Source: a bacterium
GTDB taxonomy: Bacteria > UBA8248 > JACPRG01 > G963555815
Reading direction: 5' to 3'
DNA: 64,000 nucleotides
Assembly: GCA_965261595.1 (NCBI GenBank)
Contig: CBDHDG010000007.1
Location: 1,088,001 to 1,152,000, forward strand
Positions 9,733 to 18,045 of this stretch are shown here, piece after piece. Made by a program: the position numbers and the translations under genes. Below the pieces are notes generated by a model that was given only the letters and a program-made list of their open reading frames with translations, was not told the origin of the DNA and did not search any database. Positions within the stretch are counted from its first letter, which is position 1. The number at the start of each line of letters is the position of its first letter.

Positions 9733-11175
9733 GAGCCTGTCCCATTCATAGTTGAAGGTTGAGAAAAAGAGGTGGCGGTTCACTCCTGCCGACTCGGTTA
9801 GAATCGGGTTGGCAAACATTCAAAGAGGAGGAACCGCCATGAGTGAAGCTTACCAGATCATCGAGAAGAAAGAGACCCAAAGGTTGGCCGCCTTTGTGGC
9901 GGAGCACGGGCAGGCGTTTTTTCCTCTGGTGTCGCTGGTGGAGCAGTCCCAACTGGCGGTGGAGGACCTGATGGACGTCATGGGCCGGGCGGGCCTGGAG
10001 GCCGTGCTTTTGCTGTCGGCCAAGGGCTTGACGGGCGCGCCGCATCCAGGCAAGCGGGGTGGCGAGGTCCGCCGGCACGGCAGCCAGGGGGGCCGGGTGA
10101 CCCTGAAGGGGCGCAAGCTGAAGGTGAGAAAGCCGCGGCTTCGCCGCCGGGGCCAGGGTCGGGGCGGGGAGGTGGAGGTGCCGGCGTATGCGGCCATGCA
10201 GGCCGACCCCGGGCTGGGGGAGCGGATGCTGGATTTGCTGATGCGAGGGGTCTCGACGCGGAACTACGCGGCCGTTCTTCCCGAGCTGGCCGAGACGGTG
10301 GGGGTGTCGAAGTCGGCCGTGAGCCGGGAGAGCATCGAGGCGGCCGAGGCGAAGCTGCGGCGTCTTTGTGAGCGGCGTTTTGACGACATCGACCTCCTCA
10401 TCCTCTACCTGGACGGTCTGCGCTTCGGCGCGCATCACGTCATCGTGGCCGTTGGGGTGGACACACGGGGCCAAAAGCACGTTCTGGGCCTGAGGTCGGG
10501 CGCCACCGAGAACGCCACGGTCGTGACGGCGCTTCTTGAGGAGTTGGTGGAGCGCGGCGTGCGGCCCGGGCGGCGTCGGCTTTTTGTCATCGACGGCTCG
10601 AGGGCGCTTCGTGCGGCGATTGACCGGGTGTACGGGGACGACAATCCGGTGCAGCGGTGCCGCAACCACAAGGTGAAGAACGTGATGGACCACCTGCCCG
10701 AGGAGTTGAAGGATCCGGTGAAGGCGACGATGAAGGCGGCCTGGCGGCTGGCGCCGAAGGAGGGGATTGCCCGTCTGCGCAAGCAGGCCCGGTGGCTTCA
10801 GATCGAGCATCCGGACGCGGCCGCCAGCCTTTTGGAGGGTCTGGAGGAGATCTTCACCGTCAACCGCTTGGCTCTTCCGCCCGGCCTTCGGCGCTGCCTG
10901 GTGAGCACGAACCTGATCGAGAGTCCCTGTTCGGGGGTGCGGATGCGCACCCGGCGCGTCGGCCGCTGGCGGGACGGGGCGATGGTGAAAAGGTGGGCCG
11001 CTTCCGCCTTCCTCGCCACCGAGAAGAACTTCCGTCGCCTGGACGGCTACCGGGACCTGTGGATCCTGAAGGCCGTTCTGGACGAGCCCCGCTTTGACAC
11101 CCGAGAGGAGGTCGCATAAGGTGAACCACACACGGACCGCCGCCTCAAACCTTCAACTGAATTCGGGACACCCTC
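9733..11175 (+). mobile_element. IS256-family insertion sequence, intact
   Basis: 25-bp imperfect TIRs (GAGCCTGTCCCATTCATAGTTGAAG / CTTCAACTGAATTCGGGACACCCTC); 8-bp TSD CACGACCG at 9725-9732 and 11176-11183. Confidence 0.92.
9839..11119 (+). CDS. IS256-family (Mutator-like) transposase
   Basis: GVSTR, YLDG, VIDG, QRCRNHK and STNLIES; GAGGAGG RBS. Confidence 0.92.
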   Translation: MSEAYQIIEKKETQRLAAFVAEHGQAFFPLVSLVEQSQLAVEDLMDVMGRAGLEAVLLLSAKGLTGAPHPGKRGGEVRRHGSQGGRVTLKGRKLKVRKPRLRRRGQGRGGEVEVPAYAAMQADPGLGERMLDLLMRGVSTRNYAAVLPELAETVGVSKSAVSRESIEAAEAKLRRLCERRFDDIDLLILYLDGLRFGAHHVIVAVGVDTRGQKHVLGLRSGATENATVVTALLEELVERGVRPGRRRLFVIDGSRALRAAIDRVYGDDNPVQRCRNHKVKNVMDHLPEELKDPVKATMKAAWRLAPKEGIARLRKQARWLQIEHPDAAASLLEGLEEIFTVNRLALPPGLRRCLVSTNLIESPCSGVRMRTRRVGRWRDGAMVKRWAASAFLATEKNFRRLDGYRDLWILKAVLDEPRFDTREEVA

Positions 11176-11277
11176 CACGACCGTTGAGTGGCATGCAAAC
11201 CTGATTTTGCAGTGTCTTTTCCCCACCCGGAGAATCGCAATGTTGACAGGCTGCTATGTTACTTTGCGACATAATTC

Positions 11278-11937
11278 CCCATCGAATACTTCGCCGACCT
11301 GGGCGTCCTGGACAGGAACGTCCACCTGATCCACATGGTCGATGTGAGCGACCGGGAAGTGGACCTTCTGGCCGAGCACGACGTCAAAATCGCGAACTGC
11401 ACCGCGACCGGCCTCAGTCTCGGATATGGCCTGACCCCCCTGGGCAAGTTCCCCGAGATGATCGACAAGGGGGTCTGCGTCGCCCTGGGGTGCGACGGGG
11501 CCAACTGCTCCAACTATTTCGACATGGTCCGGGTGATGTACCTCGCGGCGGGCCTCTACACGGACGCCCGGACGGAGCGAAGCCTCATCCCGGGAGAGAA
11601 GGCGATCGAGATGGGCACGATCGACGGGGCGAGGGCGATGCTCATGGAAGACGAGATCGGCTCGCTCGAAGCGGGCAAGAAGGCCGACATCATCCTCTTC
11701 GACCGCCGGCGGCCCGAGTGGGTCCCCATGCTGAACGTCGTCAACAACCTCGTCTACTCGGCTGACGGAAAGAGCGTGGATACGGTCATCATCGACGGCG
11801 AGATCGTGGTCGAGGGCGGGAAGCTGATGACGCTGGACGAGTTCGCCGTCTACGACGCGATGGAGAAGGTGGACTGGGCGCGGATCATCGAGGATCGGAC
11901 GGGGATTCCGCTCAAAACCCGGTGGCCCGTGATCTGA
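11278..11937 (+). pseudogene. Amidohydrolase (MTA/SAH-deaminase/AtzA-like), C-terminal remnant
   Basis: PIEYFADLGVL...LIHMV, VALGCDG and GSLEAGKKADII; frame begins at the IS1595 right TIR; no N-terminal HxH. Confidence 0.85.
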
Positions 11938-11946
11938 AGCCGGAGG

Positions 11947-12561
11947 CTATGGCCGGCGCCGGCTCTCTCGAAGCCCGCGAAACTGATGAGCGAATTCCAC
12001 GAGCTCATCGGCGAAGTGGCCCACGCGCTCCTTGATCGGCTCGGAAGCGAGCGCGTATCCCTCCCCCTCCCCCTCCTCCTCCCCCTCCCCCGCATTTTGA
12101 TAGTCTTCGGCGGTGGTGCAGACGTTTGTCGTGAGCGCAACGCCGAGCAGCCCGCGGACAACGATTCTCAGGTGGTCGACCGCCTGCGTGGTCCGGTCGC
12201 CGCCGTGGCCCATCAAGCCGACAGGCTTATACGAGAAATGGGGGATGGTCAGGGTGTCCAGGGCGTTTTTGAGCACGCCCGAATAGGAATTGTGGTACAC
12301 CGGCGAAGCCCAGATGAATCCGTCGCAGGCGTCGGCCGTCTCCGCCAGCCGCTGGACAACAGGATCGGGATGGCGCCGGGGGTCGGCGTGATAGGCCGGG
12401 TCGGTGATGGGCAGAGGGGCCTCCCGAAAATCCCAGAGGACAACGCGCGCGCCCCGTTCGCTCAAAGCCCCTTCCACGAACCGCGAGAGGGCGAACGTGT
12501 GGGAGGGACGACGGACGCTGCCGCTGAGTATGAGAATCTGCAGGGAGTCGGACACGTTCAT
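11947..12561 (-). CDS. NADPH-dependent FMN reductase
   Basis: GSVRRPSHT and SPVYHNSYSGVLKNALD. Confidence 0.9.
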   Translation of the reverse strand: MNVSDSLQILILSGSVRRPSHTFALSRFVEGALSERGARVVLWDFREAPLPITDPAYHADPRRHPDPVVQRLAETADACDGFIWASPVYHNSYSGVLKNALDTLTIPHFSYKPVGLMGHGGDRTTQAVDHLRIVVRGLLGVALTTNVCTTAEDYQNAGEGEEEGEGEGYALASEPIKERVGHFADELVEFAHQFRGLRESRRRP

Positions 12562-12910
12562 CAAAATCCGGGTCGGTCGGGAAGAAACACCTCCAAAAAC
12601 CAAGCGCCCATATTACGCCAAGGGACATCCCCGAACGCAAGGGAGTGGACGCGCCGGTCCGCGCAAAATCTATCCGGACCAACCCGAGGACTTCGACGCC
12701 GACGGCCATCCCCCTCCTATTTCCGTTGAATGAAGACGGCGCGGGAATGAATCGCTCATGCCCACCGGAGGAGTCCATCCAGGCGGATTTCCGAATGGGG
12801 CCGGGCCTCTCAGCCGATGATCCGGGCCGGTTGTGTCATAATCGGGAGGTTGGCGGGGCGGTCTTCCGGCGCGTCGCTTCTCCTCTCGTGGTCATAGGGT
12901 CTCCCTGGAA

Positions 12911-14065
12911 TTGTTGAAGCAGAACCGTTGGATTCTCCTTTCGGTCGCCTGGTTCGTCGCGATCAACTTGCGGGCGGGCTCCATCGCGGTCTCGCCGATC
13001 CTGCCGCTCATCAAAGCGGACCTGGCGCTCTCTTACGCGCAGACGGGTCTCCTCTTTGCCGTCCCCACCCTCCTGATGGCCGTATTTGGGCTGCCGGGCG
13101 GGATGCTCGCCGATTCGCTCGGGATGAAAAAGACGATCACCATCGGCCTGACGCTGATCCTGGCGGGGACCGCGCTGCGCGCCGCCACATCCGGATTCCT
13201 CGCGTTGACGATCTGGACGGCCGTTCTGGGCGCGGGGATGGGTATCGCGAACCCCGGCCTGACCCGGATGGTCAAGAACCGGTTCTCGGACATGCCGGGG
13301 ACCGCCACGGGCATCTTCACGAGCGGATTCATCACGGGCGCGACAGCGGCCTCCTGGCTGACGATTCCTTATTTGCTGAGTTGGACCGGGTCCTGGCGGG
13401 GAACGTTCATCGTCTGGAGCGGATTCGCGCTCCTGGCGTTGTTGGCATGGCAGATCCTAGCGAAGGAGGACAAGACCTCCGGAGGCGGCAGACCGGACCT
13501 TTCGGGAATCTGGCGGGATAAAACGGTCTGGAAGCTGAACATCATCTTCCTTTCCATGAACCTCAGTTTCTACGCCATCGCTTCCTGGATCCCCACCTAC
13601 TACCAGGAATTGGGCAAGAGCCTGGAATACGGGGCCTTGATCCTGACCACCTTTCTGATCACGGGCCTGCCGTCCAGCCTGGTGGTGCCCTACCTGACGG
13701 ACAGGATCAGCGGAAAAAAGTGGGGCCTGATCATTTCGTGTCTCACTTTTCTTCCGACGATCTTTGTGTTGATGTTCTTTCCGTTGGCCGCGCCCTTCGC
13801 GCTGGCGGCCGTCATGGGGATCACGTCGACGGGAATCTTCGCCCTGAGCTTCGTGCTTCCACTGTATTACGTGGATGCTTCCAAGGTGGGCAGCGTCGCG
13901 GGGATGAACCTGCTGGTCGGCTACGGCGGATCCTTCATCGGCCCGTTCACCTTGGGCCTCGTCCACGATCTGACGGGAAGCTTCGTGGCGGGCTGGCTCA
14001 TCGTCGTGGCGATCCTCGCCGTGCTGATGGCGGTGGCTTGGTCGCTTCCGAAGAAGACCTATTGA
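12911..14065 (+). CDS. MFS transporter, CynX/NimT-like
   Basis: Collinear paralog of 3308-4480. Confidence 0.85.
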   Translation: MLKQNRWILLSVAWFVAINLRAGSIAVSPILPLIKADLALSYAQTGLLFAVPTLLMAVFGLPGGMLADSLGMKKTITIGLTLILAGTALRAATSGFLALTIWTAVLGAGMGIANPGLTRMVKNRFSDMPGTATGIFTSGFITGATAASWLTIPYLLSWTGSWRGTFIVWSGFALLALLAWQILAKEDKTSGGGRPDLSGIWRDKTVWKLNIIFLSMNLSFYAIASWIPTYYQELGKSLEYGALILTTFLITGLPSSLVVPYLTDRISGKKWGLIISCLTFLPTIFVLMFFPLAAPFALAAVMGITSTGIFALSFVLPLYYVDASKVGSVAGMNLLVGYGGSFIGPFTLGLVHDLTGSFVAGWLIVVAILAVLMAVAWSLPKKTY

Positions 14066-14158
14066 CGCCAAGGGATCCCGCCCTTCATTTCCCATCAGCC
14101 AAAAAAAGAGGCCGTAGGGTCCCGTTCCCGCCCGCCTCTGTTTGGATCCTCCGGGATT

Positions 14159-14749
14159 CTACTTGGGGTTCTCCTGAATCCATCGCGTGAAGTTCGCGCG
14201 CATTTCCAGCGGGCGGGGGGGCTGCACGCCCAGGTTTTCAACCTGCTCCGGCGTCTCGCGCTTCACGCGCAGGTTGATGTAGCCGAGCCGGCCGGATTCG
14301 AGCATCCGGTCCAAGGCCGCGTCGAAGCCGTCGAGCGTATCCGCCGTCGCCGTCTGGGGAAACCGGGCGGCCCGGGCGAAGTCTTCCAGGTTGACTTCGG
14401 GCGCGGGCAGGGGCTGGCGGCCGCCCGTGATGTACCAGCCGTTGAAGAAGGTCACCACCAGGAGGTTGGGTGGGGCCTTGGCGGCGGCGGTGACGAGGGT
14501 CTCCAATTTCATGAGCAGGCCGCCGTCGCCTTCCAGGACGATGACCGACTTGTCCGGCCGCGCCACCGCCATGCCCAGGGCGATGGAGATGTTCAGCCCC
14601 ATGAAGTCGTTCAGGATGAAGTTGGGCCCCTGGGGGCGGACCTTGGAGATCATCCTGGCGGACGACCCGAGATAGCTGCAGATGATGCGGCCTTCGGCCT
14701 TGGGGACCAGCCGTTCGAGGTACGCTTGACGCATGGGCAGGCGGGTCAT
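14159..14749 (-). CDS. TPP-dependent decarboxylase beta subunit (ComE-like)
   Basis: EGDGG...FFNG TPP motif; overlaps the alpha-subunit stop. Confidence 0.75.
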   Translation of the reverse strand: MTRLPMRQAYLERLVPKAEGRIICSYLGSSARMISKVRPQGPNFILNDFMGLNISIALGMAVARPDKSVIVLEGDGGLLMKLETLVTAAAKAPPNLLVVTFFNGWYITGGRQPLPAPEVNLEDFARAARFPQTATADTLDGFDAALDRMLESGRLGYINLRVKRETPEQVENLGVQPPRPLEMRANFTRWIQENPK

Positions 14750-15273
14750 GTCAAATCCCCCTTGGAGAGTAGGAGGGCAAAGGGCTGTTCGGCCTCGTGA
14801 ACATAGGCGACGCCCCGGGCGACCTGAGCGCTCAGCGGCTCTTCCCGCGAGGCGTGGGCGAAACTGACCCCCAGGCCCTCGAGCATCGGCTCCGTCGTCC
14901 GGCCCTTGTAAACATGATAGTAGAGGGGATCGTCGCGGTGGCTCCCCCGGTGACTGATAAGCATGAGCATGGGCGCGTGGTACGTCTGGGCGAGAGCCAC
15001 CCCCCGGCCGCTGCTGAGCAGGCCCGCGTTCTGAAATACGCACGCGCTCTTTTCTCCCGCCACGGCGGCGACGGCGGCGACGGCGACGGCCTCCTCCTCG
15101 CTGCAACACCGCACCGACTCAAAGTGGCGGTCCGCCGCCACGGCGGCGATGAGCGGGGCGATGTACGTGTCGGTGACGGAGCTCAGGACGCGGACCTCCG
15201 CCGCCTTCAGCCCCCGGATGATTTCCCGGCAGCCCTTGGACAGGCCGGACGTCTTTCTGGTTTTCTTGGCCAC
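14746..15273 (-). CDS. TPP-dependent decarboxylase alpha subunit (ComD-like)
   Basis: EEEAVAVAA, FQNAGL and LISHRG. Confidence 0.75.
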   Translation of the reverse strand: MAKKTRKTSGLSKGCREIIRGLKAAEVRVLSSVTDTYIAPLIAAVAADRHFESVRCCSEEEAVAVAAVAAVAGEKSACVFQNAGLLSSGRGVALAQTYHAPMLMLISHRGSHRDDPLYYHVYKGRTTEPMLEGLGVSFAHASREEPLSAQVARGVAYVHEAEQPFALLLSKGDLT

Positions 15274-15539
15274 GTGATGTTTCCTCCGGTTCGATGCGGC
15301 GGCTTCCGGCCGGGTCAGCCCCCCGGCATGTCACGAACATTCAAAATCCATCCGAAGAAAGCGGTCGCGAACGAGTCGAACGCACCGGCCTTCGGCGTCT
15401 TGGGGATGTTCTCCTGGCCGAGGTTAAGCTCGTCAGTATAACGAAAAAAGGGTTCCTGGAAAGCGGTTCGAAGGATGTCCTGACGGATAAAAGGGAGACC
15501 TTTCCGAACCCGGAGCGTCAAGCCCCCTGGAAAGATCGC

Positions 15540-15887
15540 TCATCGCGGCCCGTCCGGTCCGGCGGGGGGGGGGTCACCCTCGGGGTCCTGACCCATCGGG
15601 CGGTGGCCCATTTCCGTCTCGATGGCCCGGCGGATCTTCACGTAGGCGAACGGGCCGATGTCCGGGACGACTTTCGTCAAGAGAAGCTCGGTGGTCACCA
15701 CTTCGTCCTTGTCCTCCAACTCGAGAAAGAGAAGGAGGGCGCGGGTGAGCGCCTCCGCCGCGGCCGTCATCTCGTCGCGGTCCATGAGGTCTTCGCCGAA
15801 CGCCCGGTATTGCCGGGCCTGGTCCGCCGTCTCGTTCCCGTGGGCGTCGCCGCGCCCTGAATTTCCGGGTCCCCCGTTCAACTTCAT
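15540..15887 (-). CDS. Hypothetical protein
   Basis: GGAG RBS before the ATG; plausible codon usage; no recognisable motif. Confidence 0.4.
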   Translation of the reverse strand: MKLNGGPGNSGRGDAHGNETADQARQYRAFGEDLMDRDEMTAAAEALTRALLLFLELEDKDEVVTTELLLTKVVPDIGPFAYVKIRRAIETEMGHRPMGQDPEGDPPPAGPDGPR

Positions 15888-16035
15888 CTCCCCCTTTCGT
15901 CCGCGGAATTCGTGTTTCCGGCCCCGCCGTCGGGTATCCGTGCAGGGCCGCGCCGGTTTTGATTTTCCCTTCGGATCACGGGTAGTATGAGGGTAATCCC
16001 TTCCGGCTGAAACCCCGAATGGCCATGAGGCTTGG

Positions 16036-17238
16036 ATGGATTTCGATTACACGGAAGACCAGACGCTCCTTCGCGATATGGTCGGCCAGTTCGGCAAGGA
16101 TTCGGTCGAGCCCGTCTTGATGGAGATGGACGAATCCGAGCGCATCCCGGAGACCCTCCTCCGACGGATGGCGGACCTGGGGCTTTTCGGCCTGGCCGTT
16201 CCGGAGTCCTTCGGCGGGAGCGGGGTTCCGCTCCTGACCCAGGTGGTGGTGGCCGAGGCGTTGGGGCGCGTCTCCGCGTCGCTTGCGGCGGCCGCCGTCT
16301 ATGACGGCTTCCTCCTGCCCGCCCTGCTGGACGCGTGCGGCGACGAAGGACAAAAACGGCGCTGGTTGCCCAGAATCGCCTCCGGTGAGACCCTCGGGAC
16401 CGTGAAGATCGGCGCGGTGAGCCTTGAGGATCGGCCGGACGACGCGGGAGACGACGGCCCGCCGGGCACCATGATCCGAGCCGCCCCCGTAGGGGAGAAA
16501 TGGCGGCTGACGGGCGGGGCCGATTGGGTGGTGAACGGCCGGGAGGCCACCATCGGGGCCGTGTTCGCCTCGACAGGGGACGGGGTGGAAGCCTTCCTCG
16601 TGAATCCCGCGGCGGCGGGCGTGGAGTCGGCGCCGATCACCGGAAAGCTCGGTCTCAGGCCCGCGGGTTTCGCCCGGTGGTCGTTCGCCGAATGCGTTGT
16701 GGACGGAGGGGACAAACTGGAAACCGGAGGCCCGGATTCGGGGGGGGGGAATGGCGTCCGGAGAGGCCTCCGCCTCCTGTCGAACCTCTTCCTGGCCGCC
16801 GCGAGCGTCGGTCTGATCCAGGCCGGTCTCGAGGTCGCCGGCGAGTACGCGAAGGAGCGGAAGCAGTTCGGCCGCCCCATCGGCGGCTTCCAGCTCGTCC
16901 AGGAGATGATCGCCGGGATGGTCTTCGACGTCGAGGCCGTCCGGCTTCTGGTCTACCACGCGGCCGCGGATGCACAGGGGCGGGGGGGGGGCCTGCGGCT
17001 CGCGGCCTCGGCCGCGCCCATCGCGCGCGCCCGCTCGTTCGCGGCCGAGGCCGCGCTGAAGGCGGGCACGCAGGCCGTGCAGGTCCACGGGGGATACGGG
17101 TTCTCCAGCGAATTTCCCGCCGAGCGGATCTTTCGCGACGCGCGCGCCCTGGCCCTGATGGCCGGCGGGTCCGGCGAGCTGCTCAGGCTATCGGCCGAGC
17201 CCATCCTGAAAGAGGCCCTGCCGCAATGGGGCGGCTGA
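16036..17238 (+). CDS. Acyl-CoA dehydrogenase family protein, degenerate active site
   Basis: VPESFGGSG, RKQFGRPIG and QVHGGYG; lacks TEP and EGT. Confidence 0.85.
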   Translation: MDFDYTEDQTLLRDMVGQFGKDSVEPVLMEMDESERIPETLLRRMADLGLFGLAVPESFGGSGVPLLTQVVVAEALGRVSASLAAAAVYDGFLLPALLDACGDEGQKRRWLPRIASGETLGTVKIGAVSLEDRPDDAGDDGPPGTMIRAAPVGEKWRLTGGADWVVNGREATIGAVFASTGDGVEAFLVNPAAAGVESAPITGKLGLRPAGFARWSFAECVVDGGDKLETGGPDSGGGNGVRRGLRLLSNLFLAAASVGLIQAGLEVAGEYAKERKQFGRPIGGFQLVQEMIAGMVFDVEAVRLLVYHAAADAQGRGGGLRLAASAAPIARARSFAAEAALKAGTQAVQVHGGYGFSSEFPAERIFRDARALALMAGGSGELLRLSAEPILKEALPQWGG

Positions 17239-17472
17239 CGCGAGGGGAGGGGGAGAGGATGCAACGGCCCCGGTGTCTCTTATGTCTTGAACCCCTACCA
17301 CCCCTTGACGAGACCGCAAAACACGGATTAGCTTGTGGCGGAAATTTATTTTGGTAAAACCTGAATCTTGGGACCTCCGCTGTTGGGCGTTTCCGGGATT
17401 TTTCTTGAATGGCTTTTGCGTCCCGGGACAGCGCTCGGAATTCCGGCCTGATTTCGGGAGGGACCGGCCGCA

Positions 17473-17519
17473 CAGCCCGCCGGCTGAACAGCCCGCCGGC
17501 TGAAACAGCCCATCGGCTG
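17473..17519. repeat. Three tandem mini-hairpins CAGCC-N4-GGCTG
   Basis: Units at 17473, 17489 and 17506, directly before the gcvH RBS. Confidence 0.85.
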
Positions 17520-17533
17520 AGAGGGGAGAGAAG

Positions 17534-17923
17534 ATGGAATATCCGGGAAACTTGAAATACACCAAGGAGCACGAATGGGTGTCGATCGAGGGCGACGACG
17601 CGCGCATCGGGATCACCGACTACGCCCAGAGCCAACTGGGCGATGTTGTGTTCGTGGAGCTTCCCGAAGCCGGATCGCAGGTGGAAGCCGGCAACACCTT
17701 CGGTGTTGTGGAATCCGTGAAAGCGGTCTCGGACCTCTTCGTTCCGGTCTCGGGGACCGTCAAAGAGATCAACAACAGCCTCGAAGAAACCCCCGAAATC
17801 ATCAGTACGGATCCTTATGTCAAGGGCTGGATGATCGTGGTCGAAATGTCCGACAAGTCGACGTTGGATGAGCTTCTATCCGCGGATGATTACCAGACCT
17901 ATGTCAATGAGGAGAGCCAGTAG
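17534..17923 (+). CDS. gcvH: Glycine cleavage system H protein
   Basis: YTKEHEW, GITDYAQ and VESVKAVSD with the lipoyl-Lys. Confidence 0.97.
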   Translation: MEYPGNLKYTKEHEWVSIEGDDARIGITDYAQSQLGDVVFVELPEAGSQVEAGNTFGVVESVKAVSDLFVPVSGTVKEINNSLEETPEIISTDPYVKGWMIVVEMSDKSTLDELLSADDYQTYVNEESQ

Positions 17924-18045
17924 AGGCGCACACGTCTCCTGAATCGAGGCCGCCGGACCCGGACTGAAAAGACACGGCGGCGGAATGCTCCCCCTTCCCC
18001 CCTCCCACGCCAAGCTGTCGTTGAACACCACCGGAGACGGGATAG

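Larger units (their letters stand above)
9599..11272 (-). pseudogene. Small Cys-rich passenger gene interrupted by IS256 and truncated by IS3
   Basis: Removing IS256 and one TSD gives MSQSNIAACQHCDSPGGEKTLQNQVCMPLNGRVQCIDFCIHQIVAALNAGGIRTTFSCCGHGEMKGAIKLEDRR. Confidence 0.7.
4658..11279 (+). mobile_element. IS1595-family element with passenger genes and nested ISs
   Basis: Perfect 23-bp TIRs GGGAATTATGTCGCAAAGTAACA (4658-4680) and its reverse complement (11257-11279); IS1595 transposase next to the left TIR; no TSD. Confidence 0.85.

Noticed and set aside
3308..14065. MFS paralogs as direct repeats bounding one mobile unit
   Set aside because: Too diverged; the mobile boundaries are explained by the IS1595 TIRs
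15315..15521. 68-aa ORF upstream of the ComD-like gene
   Set aside because: No motif, weak start and atypical codon usage
17239..17533. Glycine riboswitch upstream of gcvH
   Set aside because: No recognisable GGAGAG...CCGAAG...CTCTCAGG aptamer core
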